A stretch of 64,000 nt of DNA from Candidatus Omnitrophota bacterium (GTDB lineage Bacteria > Omnitrophota > Gorgyraeia > Gygaellales > Profunditerraquicolaceae), in NCBI GenBank assembly GCA_050012075.1, contig JBEKHW010000001.1:68766-132765 (forward strand). Direction: 5' to 3'. The notes beneath the pieces are model-generated. The model was not told the DNA's origin. It saw only the letters and a list, made by a program, of their open reading frames with translations, and ran no database searches. A program made the position numbers and the translations under genes. Below are positions 30,395 to 38,704 of the stretch, one piece after another (within the stretch, counting starts at the first letter, position 1; each line of letters opens with the position of its first letter).

Positions 30395-30880
30395 CTAATA
30401 CGATATCGCTATTCTTTTGTTCTCCTCTTTATGTTTAAGTATAACTCCGTCTTCCTTGTATTTCTTAAGCAGAAAATGGGTAGCAGTGCCTTTTACATTC
30501 TCAAGCGGCGCAAGCTTTTCAGCTACAAAGCGGGCGACGGTATGAAGGTCTTTACCTTCTACAATCAAAAGCAGGTCATAGGTACCGGAAATAAGGTAAC
30601 AACTGGAAACCTCTGAAAACGAATAAATGCGCTCCGCGATTTTATCAAACCCTACATCCTTCTGGGGCGCTATGTTTACCTCTATAAGCGCGCGGCAGCT
30701 GGAGGACTCCTCCTTCACCAGGTCCTTGTTAAGCACTGTCTTATATTTTAAGATTACTCCCTCTTTCTCGTATTTCTTAATCGCGTCTTTGACGGCCTTT
30801 GCATTCTTCTTCAGCATCCTGGCAATATCTTCAGCCGGCATCCTTGCATCCTTCTCCAGAATCTCCAGTATTTCATCCAT
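30395..30880 (-). CDS. Lrp/AsnC family transcriptional regulator
   Basis: 161 aa. N-terminal HTH and a RAM-like C-terminus. Confidence 0.7.
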   Translation of the reverse strand: MDEILEILEKDARMPAEDIARMLKKNAKAVKDAIKKYEKEGVILKYKTVLNKDLVKEESSSCRALIEVNIAPQKDVGFDKIAERIYSFSEVSSCYLISGTYDLLLIVEGKDLHTVARFVAEKLAPLENVKGTATHFLLKKYKEDGVILKHKEENKRIAISY

Positions 30881-30901
30881 TATTTCCTCCCTCTTGCTTT
30901 C

Positions 30902-31291
30902 TTATTTTCTATCGCTTACAAACAGGGACAATTTTTTAAGCAGGGTATCTTCTAAAAACTTTAGCGTGAAAGGTTTGGTAAGGAATTCTTCCGCACCCAG
31001 GCTCTTTGCCCTTTCTATGCTGTGGCTGTCATCCAGGGCAGTAACCATAATTACCTTGATATTGCGGTCTACTTCCTTTATCTGGCGCAGAACCTCAAGC
31101 CCTGAATCAGAACCCAAGCGTACATCTAACAGCACGATATGGGGAGATTCTTTCTTGACGGCCTCCATCGCCTCTTGCGCGCTATAGGCGCCAAAGGTGC
31201 AGTAATTCCTTTTTCTCAGGAAATCGCGCGTGAGCTCGCAAACTTCCACTTCGTCATCCACTACCAGGACTTTAGTTATACCGGTAACCAT
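30902..31291 (-). CDS. Single-domain response regulator receiver (CheY-like)
   Basis: 129 aa. Shows VLVVDDE, LLDVRL, and a conserved Lys in LTKPF. Confidence 0.75.
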   Translation of the reverse strand: MVTGITKVLVVDDEVEVCELTRDFLRKRNYCTFGAYSAQEAMEAVKKESPHIVLLDVRLGSDSGLEVLRQIKEVDRNIKVIMVTALDDSHSIERAKSLGAEEFLTKPFTLKFLEDTLLKKLSLFVSDRK

Positions 31292-31444
31292 ATATGCGCC
31301 TAATTTTATCTCGGAATTCTTGCTGCAGAAGTGTAAAATAACCCAATTATTCTATATGATAGCATAATTGGGTTAAGGGTCAAGCGCTTACTTAAGTGAG
31401 GACATAAATTATGGAGTTTTATATTAATATAATGTAACCGATGG

Positions 31445-32107
31445 TTAAAATCTTATACTAAGGTTACTTACCAATACGTTAGCATACGTCCATTTTGGCG
31501 AGCCCTTTTTGGAATTAAGCATATAACCGATACTAAAAGAGATGTTCTTGGTAAAACTGTAAGTTATGCCGGAGCTTGTGCGATGTTCCGTAATCCTGTT
31601 AAGCTTGCAATCGTAAAACGGCTCTTCGTTAAAATACGGCGCTATCTCGTGTTTACCTATTTTAAACCCTCTTGATAACTTTAAAGAATTCCTTAATACC
31701 GTTTTTGCCTTATCGAAATTGTATTCATAGCGGAACCTGTTTGAGATTTTAATATCAAAAAAATTCTCAAGAGTGATTTTTCCGGTAGTATCAAAATACG
31801 CCAAGTCAGACCTGTCCCACATATTCTGAGACTGCTTCTCTTGATACGCATAATAAGGAGCTATATCAAGATATTTGTTTATCTTAAAATACGGCCCGGT
31901 CTCTACCTTAAACAAGTAGTTGTAATCCATATCGTTCTTAAAGCGCCATTCAGTAACCACAACATAATCTACTGTTTTGGTGATGGGTACGGTATACGTT
32001 TCGTACGACCAGTATTCCCAGTCCCTGGAAGCAAATGCGCTTTGCAAGAATCCAAGAAATATCAGTAACGCTAGCACCGCAACCCGTATTCTCACCTTAT
32101 TCTTCAT
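31445..32107 (-). CDS. Putative outer-membrane beta-barrel protein
   Basis: 220 aa. Signal peptide, Tyr/Phe-rich amphipathic strands, C-terminal ...SIRF. Confidence 0.4.
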   Translation of the reverse strand: MKNKVRIRVAVLALLIFLGFLQSAFASRDWEYWSYETYTVPITKTVDYVVVTEWRFKNDMDYNYLFKVETGPYFKINKYLDIAPYYAYQEKQSQNMWDRSDLAYFDTTGKITLENFFDIKISNRFRYEYNFDKAKTVLRNSLKLSRGFKIGKHEIAPYFNEEPFYDCKLNRITEHRTSSGITYSFTKNISFSIGYMLNSKKGSPKWTYANVLVSNLSIRF

Positions 32108-32159
32108 GTTACTACATTGATATTTGGTAAATCTTTTTAAATTGAAATAGGGAAAAAAT

Positions 32160-33155
32160 TTAATGCGGGAGGAAACTCCGGATTAGAACATAGGCAACTG
32201 CGGATATCGCAGCCGAACAGGGAATAGTCAGTATCCAGGCCCAAACAATCCTGCCTGCCACTCCCCAGCGCACAGCACTAATCCTTTTTAACGAACCTAT
32301 ACCCATAATAGAACCGGTGATGGTATGAGTCGTACTTACCGGAATGCCAAAGGCAGTTGAAACAAAAAGCATAATCGCAGCACCCGATTCAGCGCAAAAC
32401 CCGTCAACGGGCTTAAGCTTTGCTACCTTCTGGCCCATGGTCTTAACAATGCGCCAACCACCGAACATTGTCCCCAATGCGATAGCGCTATGACAGGCGA
32501 TCACCACCCAAAAAGGAATATAAAATTTACTACCTAATAAGCCGGCGGTAAAAAGGAGGCTGGCAATAATCCCCATGGTCTTTTGCGCGTCATTCCCGCC
32601 ATGGCCTAAGCTGTACAATGCCGCGGACAATAACTGCCCTTTTCTAAAAATATGGTCTACTTTTGATGGGGCATTTTTTTTAAATAGCCGATAAACAATA
32701 ATGCCAAGCAGTAACCCTAAAATAAGCCCGGCTACCGGAGACACAAAGATAAATGTAACTGTCTTTATGATGCCCTTCCAGACAAGCGAGCCAGGCCCGG
32801 CCTTAACCAGCGCAGAGCCAATCATCCCGCCAATCAGCGCGTGAGAGGAACTCGTAGGCAAGCCAAAATACCAGGTGATAATATTCCATCCGCAGGCACC
32901 TACAAGCGTGCCGAAGATAATGCTTTTATCTATTACGGCTATATCTATAATCCCCTTGCCGATAGTGTTTGCGACATGTAACCCGAAGACAAGAAAGGCC
33001 ACGAAATTAAAAAAAGCCGCCCAGATAACGGCGTAGCGCGGGGATAAGACGCGGGTAGAAACAACAGTTGCGATGGAATTGGCTGAATCATGGAAACCGT
33101 TTAAGAAGTCAAAAAATAAAGCCAGAATAATCAGAAGTATGATCCCTAACAACAT
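32160..33155 (-). CDS. Inorganic phosphate transporter, PiT family
   Basis: Duplicated GFHDSANSIAT and GGNDAQKTMGI motifs. The start is probably the internal Met at 33155, adjacent to the upstream stop. Confidence 0.8.
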   Translation of the reverse strand: MLLGIILLIILALFFDFLNGFHDSANSIATVVSTRVLSPRYAVIWAAFFNFVAFLVFGLHVANTIGKGIIDIAVIDKSIIFGTLVGACGWNIITWYFGLPTSSSHALIGGMIGSALVKAGPGSLVWKGIIKTVTFIFVSPVAGLILGLLLGIIVYRLFKKNAPSKVDHIFRKGQLLSAALYSLGHGGNDAQKTMGIIASLLFTAGLLGSKFYIPFWVVIACHSAIALGTMFGGWRIVKTMGQKVAKLKPVDGFCAESGAAIMLFVSTAFGIPVSTTHTITGSIMGIGSLKRISAVRWGVAGRIVWAWILTIPCSAAISAVAYVLIRSFLPH

Positions 33156-33156
33156 A

Positions 33157-33783
33157 TTATGCCTGTTTTGCCATAATTGAGCTGACCACATGCGCGACAT
33201 CTTCGCAAATATCAAGTACAGTTTCGGCGTCCTGATATATCTCTTTCATTTTTATTACCATAATCGGATCTTTTTGTTTTTCAAAGAGTTCAGCCAGGAC
33301 TTTATCCCTCATGGAATCTCCGACATTCTCCAGGCGGTTAACCTCAACGCAGGCATCCCATAATGACTTACTGTGTTTCATACTGCGCATGCCCTTGACT
33401 GCGCAGGCAACCGCTTTTACTGAATCCTCAATCACGTTAGAAAATTCAACCAGGTTTTTGTCAGTGCCCAATATCTTATAAACATTCATGCGGCTTATTA
33501 TGGTATTAATCATATCAATAACATCATCCAATTCCTTTACCAGGGTATGGATATCTTCGCGGTCAAAAGGCGTAATAAAGGTCTTATCCAGCCGGTTGAT
33601 GATTTCATGCGCCGCTTCATCCCCCTGATGCTCGATGTCGCGCATTTGCTCGAGCGCTTCATCACTTACGCGGTCACAAGACACCACCTCTTTCAGGTAC
33701 TTAGCGGCATCAATAGCAAAATCAACTTGTTTATCAAAAAGGTCGAAAAAATTACTGTCTTTAGGTAAAAATCTGAAAAACAT
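33157..33783 (-). CDS. DUF47/PhoU-like accessory protein paired with PiT
   Basis: 208 aa helical protein. The DUF47 gene preceding a PiT gene is a common pairing. Confidence 0.65.
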   Translation of the reverse strand: MFFRFLPKDSNFFDLFDKQVDFAIDAAKYLKEVVSCDRVSDEALEQMRDIEHQGDEAAHEIINRLDKTFITPFDREDIHTLVKELDDVIDMINTIISRMNVYKILGTDKNLVEFSNVIEDSVKAVACAVKGMRSMKHSKSLWDACVEVNRLENVGDSMRDKVLAELFEKQKDPIMVIKMKEIYQDAETVLDICEDVAHVVSSIMAKQA

Positions 33784-34532
33784 ATTAGTCCTCCCCTATA
33801 TTGATACTGCGTGTTTTTTTTTGAGTTTTTCTTCCCGCCGCAGGCATTGACGCAGACCCCGCAGATATACTGGTCAACCAGCCGCTGCTTCTGGAATTCC
33901 TTTAATTTTTCAAGACATTTAATGCGATCGAAATCCGGAGGGTTTTCTTTAATTGCTCCTGCAGGACACATTATAACACAACTCCTGCAATTTCCACAAT
34001 TTTCTTTTGTGGGACTATCCAATCTTAACGGCATATCGGTAAGAATAGTGCTTAGGCGAAATTGGCTGCCGAGATTCTTATTAACCAGCAGGTTATTCCT
34101 GCCAATCCAACCAAGGCCCGCAAGCTCTCCGATTTTCTTATGCGAAAGGTGGCCTGTCTGCTTCTGCCAATCCACGATCTGGCTTGCCGGAATGGGCAAT
34201 GCCAGAAATCCTTTCTGCTGGATAAAATTCGCGACTTTAAGGGTCAGCTGGTCCAAAAGCGCGTTTGCAGTCTTATAGTGGTAGAAGTACAGCTTGGTGG
34301 GGGCATTTTCAATTTCTTCGAGGACGCTGGAGGACAACCTGACACCTAAACTTATTGCTTTATCAAATTTATCCAGGACTTTTTTGGCTAACGCAAAGTC
34401 ATTCTTTATCTCTTTTATACCGGCGACGCCGAACAATTCTACCCCTGAATTTACCGCTAATTTCCTTAAGGCAAGGTAATTTTTATTTAGCCCTGTGACT
34501 TTGTGACGTGGTGACTTTGTGGCCCTACTCAT
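33693..34532 (-). CDS. 4Fe-4S di-cluster protein, QueG-like (epoxyqueuosine-reductase family?)
   Basis: Two ferredoxin-like Cys motifs (CGNCRSCVIMCP and CGVCVNACG). The N-terminus is encoded by the GTGACTTT repeat block, so the true start is uncertain. Confidence 0.45.
   Translation of the reverse strand: MSRATKSPRHKVTGLNKNYLALRKLAVNSGVELFGVAGIKEIKNDFALAKKVLDKFDKAISLGVRLSSSVLEEIENAPTKLYFYHYKTANALLDQLTLKVANFIQQKGFLALPIPASQIVDWQKQTGHLSHKKIGELAGLGWIGRNNLLVNKNLGSQFRLSTILTDMPLRLDSPTKENCGNCRSCVIMCPAGAIKENPPDFDRIKCLEKLKEFQKQRLVDQYICGVCVNACGGKKNSKKNTQYQYRGGLICFSDFYLKTVIFSTFLINKLILLLMPLST
34495..34522. repeat. GTGACTTTGTGAC-gtg-GTGACTTTGTGg element at the mnmG / QueG-like junction
   Basis: Same family as the other three loci. 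Confidence 0.75.
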
Positions 34533-36411
34533 TATTTGCCTTCCTAAGATATATCATCAATATGGAAACCGCGGCAGGAGTTACTCCGGAAATGCGCGAT
34601 GCCTGGCCAAGGTTTATCGGCTTAAATTTATCCAGCTTTTCTTTTATCTCGCGGGAAAGTCCGTTTATGGAAACGTAATTTAGGTCTCCTGGTATCCGTA
34701 TCTTCTCCAGGTTCCTGAACCGCTCTACATCCTTATATTGCCTCTGTATAAACCCGGAATATTTTACTTCAATTTCTACCTGTGGCAAAGCTAATTCTGG
34801 TATATTTATCCCTACCTGTCGCAACCCTTTTAATGTCTGGATATTAACCTGCGGCCGCTTAAGAAGCTCTTCCAGAGTTGCACTTTTATTTAGAAGAGAA
34901 GAATTTACCCCGGCAAGCATCGAATTCAATTCCTGGTCCGGCTTTATCCTTGTTTTCTTCAAGAATGCTATCCCTGTTTCTATGGCGCGGATTTTTTCTT
35001 CTGTCTTGCGGTATTCATCGTGGCTGACTAAACCTATATCCACGCCTATCCTGCGTAACCTCGTATCCGCGTTATCCTGGCGCAAAATCAGGCGGTATTC
35101 TACTCGCGAGGTAAACATCCGGTACGGCTCATTCGTGCCTTTAGTGGTCAGGTCATCTATAAGCACTCCGATATAGCTGTTAGAACGTTCCAGTATCAAC
35201 GACCCTTTACCTTTTATCCGTAATGCCGCATTAATTCCTGCAACCAAACCCTGGGCCGCTGCTTCTTCGTAACCGGTGGTTCCGTTAATCTGGCCGGCAA
35301 AATACAGGTTCCTGATTAATTTTGTTTCTAATGTAGGATACAACTGGGTCGGCTCAGCTACGGTATGCTCTATGCCGTATCCAAAAGTAATTGCCCTTGC
35401 CTTCTCCAGCCCCTCAATAGAATGTATCATCTCTAATTGCACTTCTTCGGGAAGGCTTGTCGATAAACCGTTGGGATAAACGCGTTCCGTATCAAGCCCC
35501 TGTGGCTCAAGGAATATCTGATGCCTTTCTCTGTCGGAGAATTTTACTACTTTATCTTCTATAGAAGGGCAGTACCTGACCCCCGTGGCTTTAATTATGC
35601 CGGTATATAGCGGAGACTTATCCAGATTATCAAGGATAATTTTATGGGTATTTTTATTGGTATAAGTAATGTGGCAGGGGACCTGCTTGCGCGTTATCTT
35701 CTCAGTTGAAAAAGAGAACGGCGTGGGGCAAGGATCTCCTTCCTGGATTTTAAGCCGGCTGTAATCAATGGAATCCTTATCTAGCCTGGCACAGGTACCG
35801 GTCTTAAAACGCATTAATCTAAACCTAAGCTCCTTTAGATTATTTGCCAGGCAGATACTTGCCGGTTCATTGATGCGCCCTGCGCTTTTATGTTTTAGGC
35901 CCACGTGTATCAGGCCGTCAAGGAATGTCCCCGGACACAGGACTATAGAATCGGTAAGAATTTCTTCCCCCTTTTCGGTAATTAGCCCCTTTATGGTATT
36001 GTTTTCGACAATCAGTTTCTGTACCTCGGCCTCTTTTATAAACAGACCTTCCTGGCCGGCGACCAGCTCTTTCATATAATTATTATACCTGTACATGTCT
36101 ATTTGAGCCCGCAGGGATTGCACTGCCGGCCCCTTGGAGGCATTAAGCATGCGGAATTGGATAGCGCAGGAATCAGCGGCGACTCCCATTACCCCGCCAA
36201 GGGCATCGACCTCTTTTACCAACTGGGCCTTGCCTACCCCGCCAATAGCGGGATTACAACTCATTAATCCTATATTTTCGCGCTTAAGCGTGATTAACAG
36301 GGTCCTGCAATGCATGCGGCTTGTGGCAATTGCCGCTTCAATACCGGCATGCCCTGCCCCGATGACCACCACATCATACTTTTCCATAAGCAACTTAGGG
36401 ACGGTTCTCAA
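34525..36411 (-). CDS. mnmG: tRNA uridine 5-carboxymethylaminomethyl modification enzyme
   Basis: 628 aa. FAD motif VVVIGAGHAGIEAA. The first 9 codons come from a REP element; the likely true start is MEKYDVVV near 36384. Confidence 0.9.
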   Translation of the reverse strand: MRTVPKLLMEKYDVVVIGAGHAGIEAAIATSRMHCRTLLITLKRENIGLMSCNPAIGGVGKAQLVKEVDALGGVMGVAADSCAIQFRMLNASKGPAVQSLRAQIDMYRYNNYMKELVAGQEGLFIKEAEVQKLIVENNTIKGLITEKGEEILTDSIVLCPGTFLDGLIHVGLKHKSAGRINEPASICLANNLKELRFRLMRFKTGTCARLDKDSIDYSRLKIQEGDPCPTPFSFSTEKITRKQVPCHITYTNKNTHKIILDNLDKSPLYTGIIKATGVRYCPSIEDKVVKFSDRERHQIFLEPQGLDTERVYPNGLSTSLPEEVQLEMIHSIEGLEKARAITFGYGIEHTVAEPTQLYPTLETKLIRNLYFAGQINGTTGYEEAAAQGLVAGINAALRIKGKGSLILERSNSYIGVLIDDLTTKGTNEPYRMFTSRVEYRLILRQDNADTRLRRIGVDIGLVSHDEYRKTEEKIRAIETGIAFLKKTRIKPDQELNSMLAGVNSSLLNKSATLEELLKRPQVNIQTLKGLRQVGINIPELALPQVEIEVKYSGFIQRQYKDVERFRNLEKIRIPGDLNYVSINGLSREIKEKLDKFKPINLGQASRISGVTPAAVSILMIYLRKANNE

Positions 36412-37006
36412 TCCAAAGCGAAAAGTGTCCCTTTTTAGTGTTAGAAAATTGTGTTTTAAACGTCTAGTATAGTTGGAGGTGACAGATATGCCAAGAACAG
36501 CAAGGCTTACTATTAAAAACGGATGTTACCATGTTATCACAAGAGGGAATCAAAAACAATCGGTTTTTGGAGATACGCGGGACTACGAAAAATATCTACA
36601 ATTTTTAGTTAGATACAGAAAACGTTATAAGTTCAGACTGTATTGTTTTTGCTTCATGCCAAACCACGTGCACCTTGTTATCGAAGTGAATGATCCCCAG
36701 AATTTGGAAAAGATTATGCGGGGAATAAACCTAAGTTACACACTCTATTTTAATTTTAAATACAAAAAGGTAGGGCATCTCTGGCAGGATAGATTTATGA
36801 GTAAAATTCTATATAAAGATAAATACCTGTTAGATTGTATAAACTACATTGAAACAAATCCTGTTAGGGCTAACTTAGTGAATAATATCACTGAATATCT
36901 ATGGAGTAGCTATAAGCTACGCTTAACTCAAAAACAAAACATTCTAGATATACCTGAAATCTGAATTTCTGGGGACACTTCTCCGATTGAATTAAGAACC
37001 GTCCCT
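36397..37006 (+). mobile_element. REPtron: RAYT gene flanked by inverted REP copies
   Basis: Left REP at 36397-36432 (agggacggttctcaatccaaagcgaaaagtgtccct). Right REP at 36971-37006 is its reverse complement (ggggacacttctccgattgaattaagaaccgtccct). Confidence 0.7.
36473..36964 (+). CDS. REP-associated tyrosine transposase (RAYT; IS200/IS605-like Y1 transposase)
   Basis: 163 aa. HuH motif NHVHLVI and a downstream Tyr region. It is flanked by inverted REP copies. It is the only convincing plus-strand gene. Confidence 0.75.
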   Translation: MEVTDMPRTARLTIKNGCYHVITRGNQKQSVFGDTRDYEKYLQFLVRYRKRYKFRLYCFCFMPNHVHLVIEVNDPQNLEKIMRGINLSYTLYFNFKYKKVGHLWQDRFMSKILYKDKYLLDCINYIETNPVRANLVNNITEYLWSSYKLRLTQKQNILDIPEI

Positions 37007-37009
37007 AGG

Positions 37010-37336
37010 TTATGAAAAGGAAAGGCCTGTATTATCAGGAGGGATATAGATTTTACTATCTTCGCCGAAGTCCAACCCGTGCTGCCAGAGGCCGTTATTA
37101 ATTTCTTTGGACCAAACCACAGTTGCTTGCTTAGAGAGGTTTTCCCGGGATATAAAAGGCGCGCTAATAACCAGGTTAATCTTCTGGTTAATGGCCAGGG
37201 CCATATGCGAAAGAATCCCTGCGCCCCGCGCGCTTAAGTCCTTCAAAATAGAGGATTGTTCCGTGCCTTCGGGTGCGGATAGGAAACAGGAACGGTTTAC
37301 CTTAAAACGGTTATATGACCTTCTATAAGCTGGCAT
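37010..37336 (-). CDS. PilZ domain protein
   Basis: 108 aa. RRSYNR (RxxxR) and DLSARGAG (DxSxxG) motifs. Confidence 0.55.
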   Translation of the reverse strand: MPAYRRSYNRFKVNRSCFLSAPEGTEQSSILKDLSARGAGILSHMALAINQKINLVISAPFISRENLSKQATVVWSKEINNGLWQHGLDFGEDSKIYIPPDNTGLSFS

Positions 37337-37416
37337 GGCTTATGAAAGAAACTCCTCCATAAGAAATATAACATATTACTCGCCTGAAAACAAGGTGTCA
37401 CGGCAATTTATAATTA

Positions 37417-38700
37417 CTATTGCCCTGCTGATTTTACCAGAAGAGGCATGATTTCCCGGCCCAGAATTGGGCCTATTGAGCCGAGTTTTGCTGCTTTCTC
37501 GGAGAAACTGAGAGAGCCATCCGCAGGCACATTGCCTCCGGAAACAAGGAGCGGGACTGGATCTGCGGAATGCGCCTTAATCGCGCAGACAGTGGAGTGG
37601 TCTGCCGTTACCGCCACGATAGTATCGTTAATATCCAGTTTAGGCAGGAGGCTTGAGAAGAAATATTTATCTATGGCTTCGATGATTTCTTTCTTGAGCA
37701 AGAAATCTCCGTCGTGCGCCGGCTCATCCGGGCCTTTGATGTGGACGTAAATCCCATCATACTTACTTAAGGATTCCAGCGCCACCTTTGCCCACACCGG
37801 ATAATCTACGTCCAGGTGGCCGCTTGAATCAGGGATTTCGATTATATCCATGCCCGTTAAAAGCGCTATGCCTTTCTCAACAGGCATCTGCACGAAAGAA
37901 CCAAATTTCAGGTTAAAAATACTGCTTATAGGAGGGAATTTAGGCAGGTGGTCGCCTGCGTCACGCGATAAGATTATATTGCCGGGGAGTTTTCCTTCAG
38001 AAACCCTTTTTTTGTTCACCGGGGAGTCATTGAGTACTTTATGGGATTTCTGGGTAAATTCATTAAGGAGTGCCGCTGCTTCTTTCGCCTCTTTCAGCTC
38101 TTCATATCCGGGCATAGCCTCGGACGTGGCCACAAAGTTTTCAAACTTCTCCTTAGCGACGCCAAAAACCCCTTCCCTGTCATAAGCGGGGTCAGTATTG
38201 GTAATCCAGCCGGATAGTTTTGAATGCATTCCGCGTATCACCAACACGCCGCGGTGGCCTATCGTATTCTTGAATTCAAAAGTGGCATTCGACAAAGTAA
38301 CCTTGGAATTAATCTCCTTGCTTAAAGCCGTGGCCTCATCAGTGCTCAGGTTTCTTCCTACGCGCCTGTCTTTAATGGTTGAGCCATCCTCGGCAACTGT
38401 AGCAAAATTAACCCGGAAAGCAACATCTCCGTCATTTACGGCAAGGCCTTCAGCAAAAGATTCCAAAGGCCCTCTTCCCGTATAGTATTTATGCGCGTCA
38501 TAGCCCAATAAGCTGATTACCGCGATATCGGATTCCGGGGCAATACCTTTTGCTACCGGGTAAACCAGGCCTGTCTTTCCCTTCTGCGCAAGGCGGTCCA
38601 TATTCGGCGTTAATGCGGCTTCAAGGGGAGTCTTATTACCCAACTCTTTTAAAGGCAGGTCGCCTAATCCGTCTAAAACTATATAAAGTATTTTTTTCAT
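37417..38700 (-). CDS. apgM: Cofactor-independent phosphoglycerate mutase, archaeal-type
   Basis: About 427 aa. Begins MKKILYIVLDGLGD and carries metalloenzyme-superfamily motifs. The ORF-track start at 38730 overlaps nrdJ; Met11 is the likelier start. Confidence 0.75.
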   Translation of the reverse strand: MKKILYIVLDGLGDLPLKELGNKTPLEAALTPNMDRLAQKGKTGLVYPVAKGIAPESDIAVISLLGYDAHKYYTGRGPLESFAEGLAVNDGDVAFRVNFATVAEDGSTIKDRRVGRNLSTDEATALSKEINSKVTLSNATFEFKNTIGHRGVLVIRGMHSKLSGWITNTDPAYDREGVFGVAKEKFENFVATSEAMPGYEELKEAKEAAALLNEFTQKSHKVLNDSPVNKKRVSEGKLPGNIILSRDAGDHLPKFPPISSIFNLKFGSFVQMPVEKGIALLTGMDIIEIPDSSGHLDVDYPVWAKVALESLSKYDGIYVHIKGPDEPAHDGDFLLKKEIIEAIDKYFFSSLLPKLDINDTIVAVTADHSTVCAIKAHSADPVPLLVSGGNVPADGSLSFSEKAAKLGSIGPILGREIMPLLVKSAGQ

Positions 38701-38704
38701 TGGT

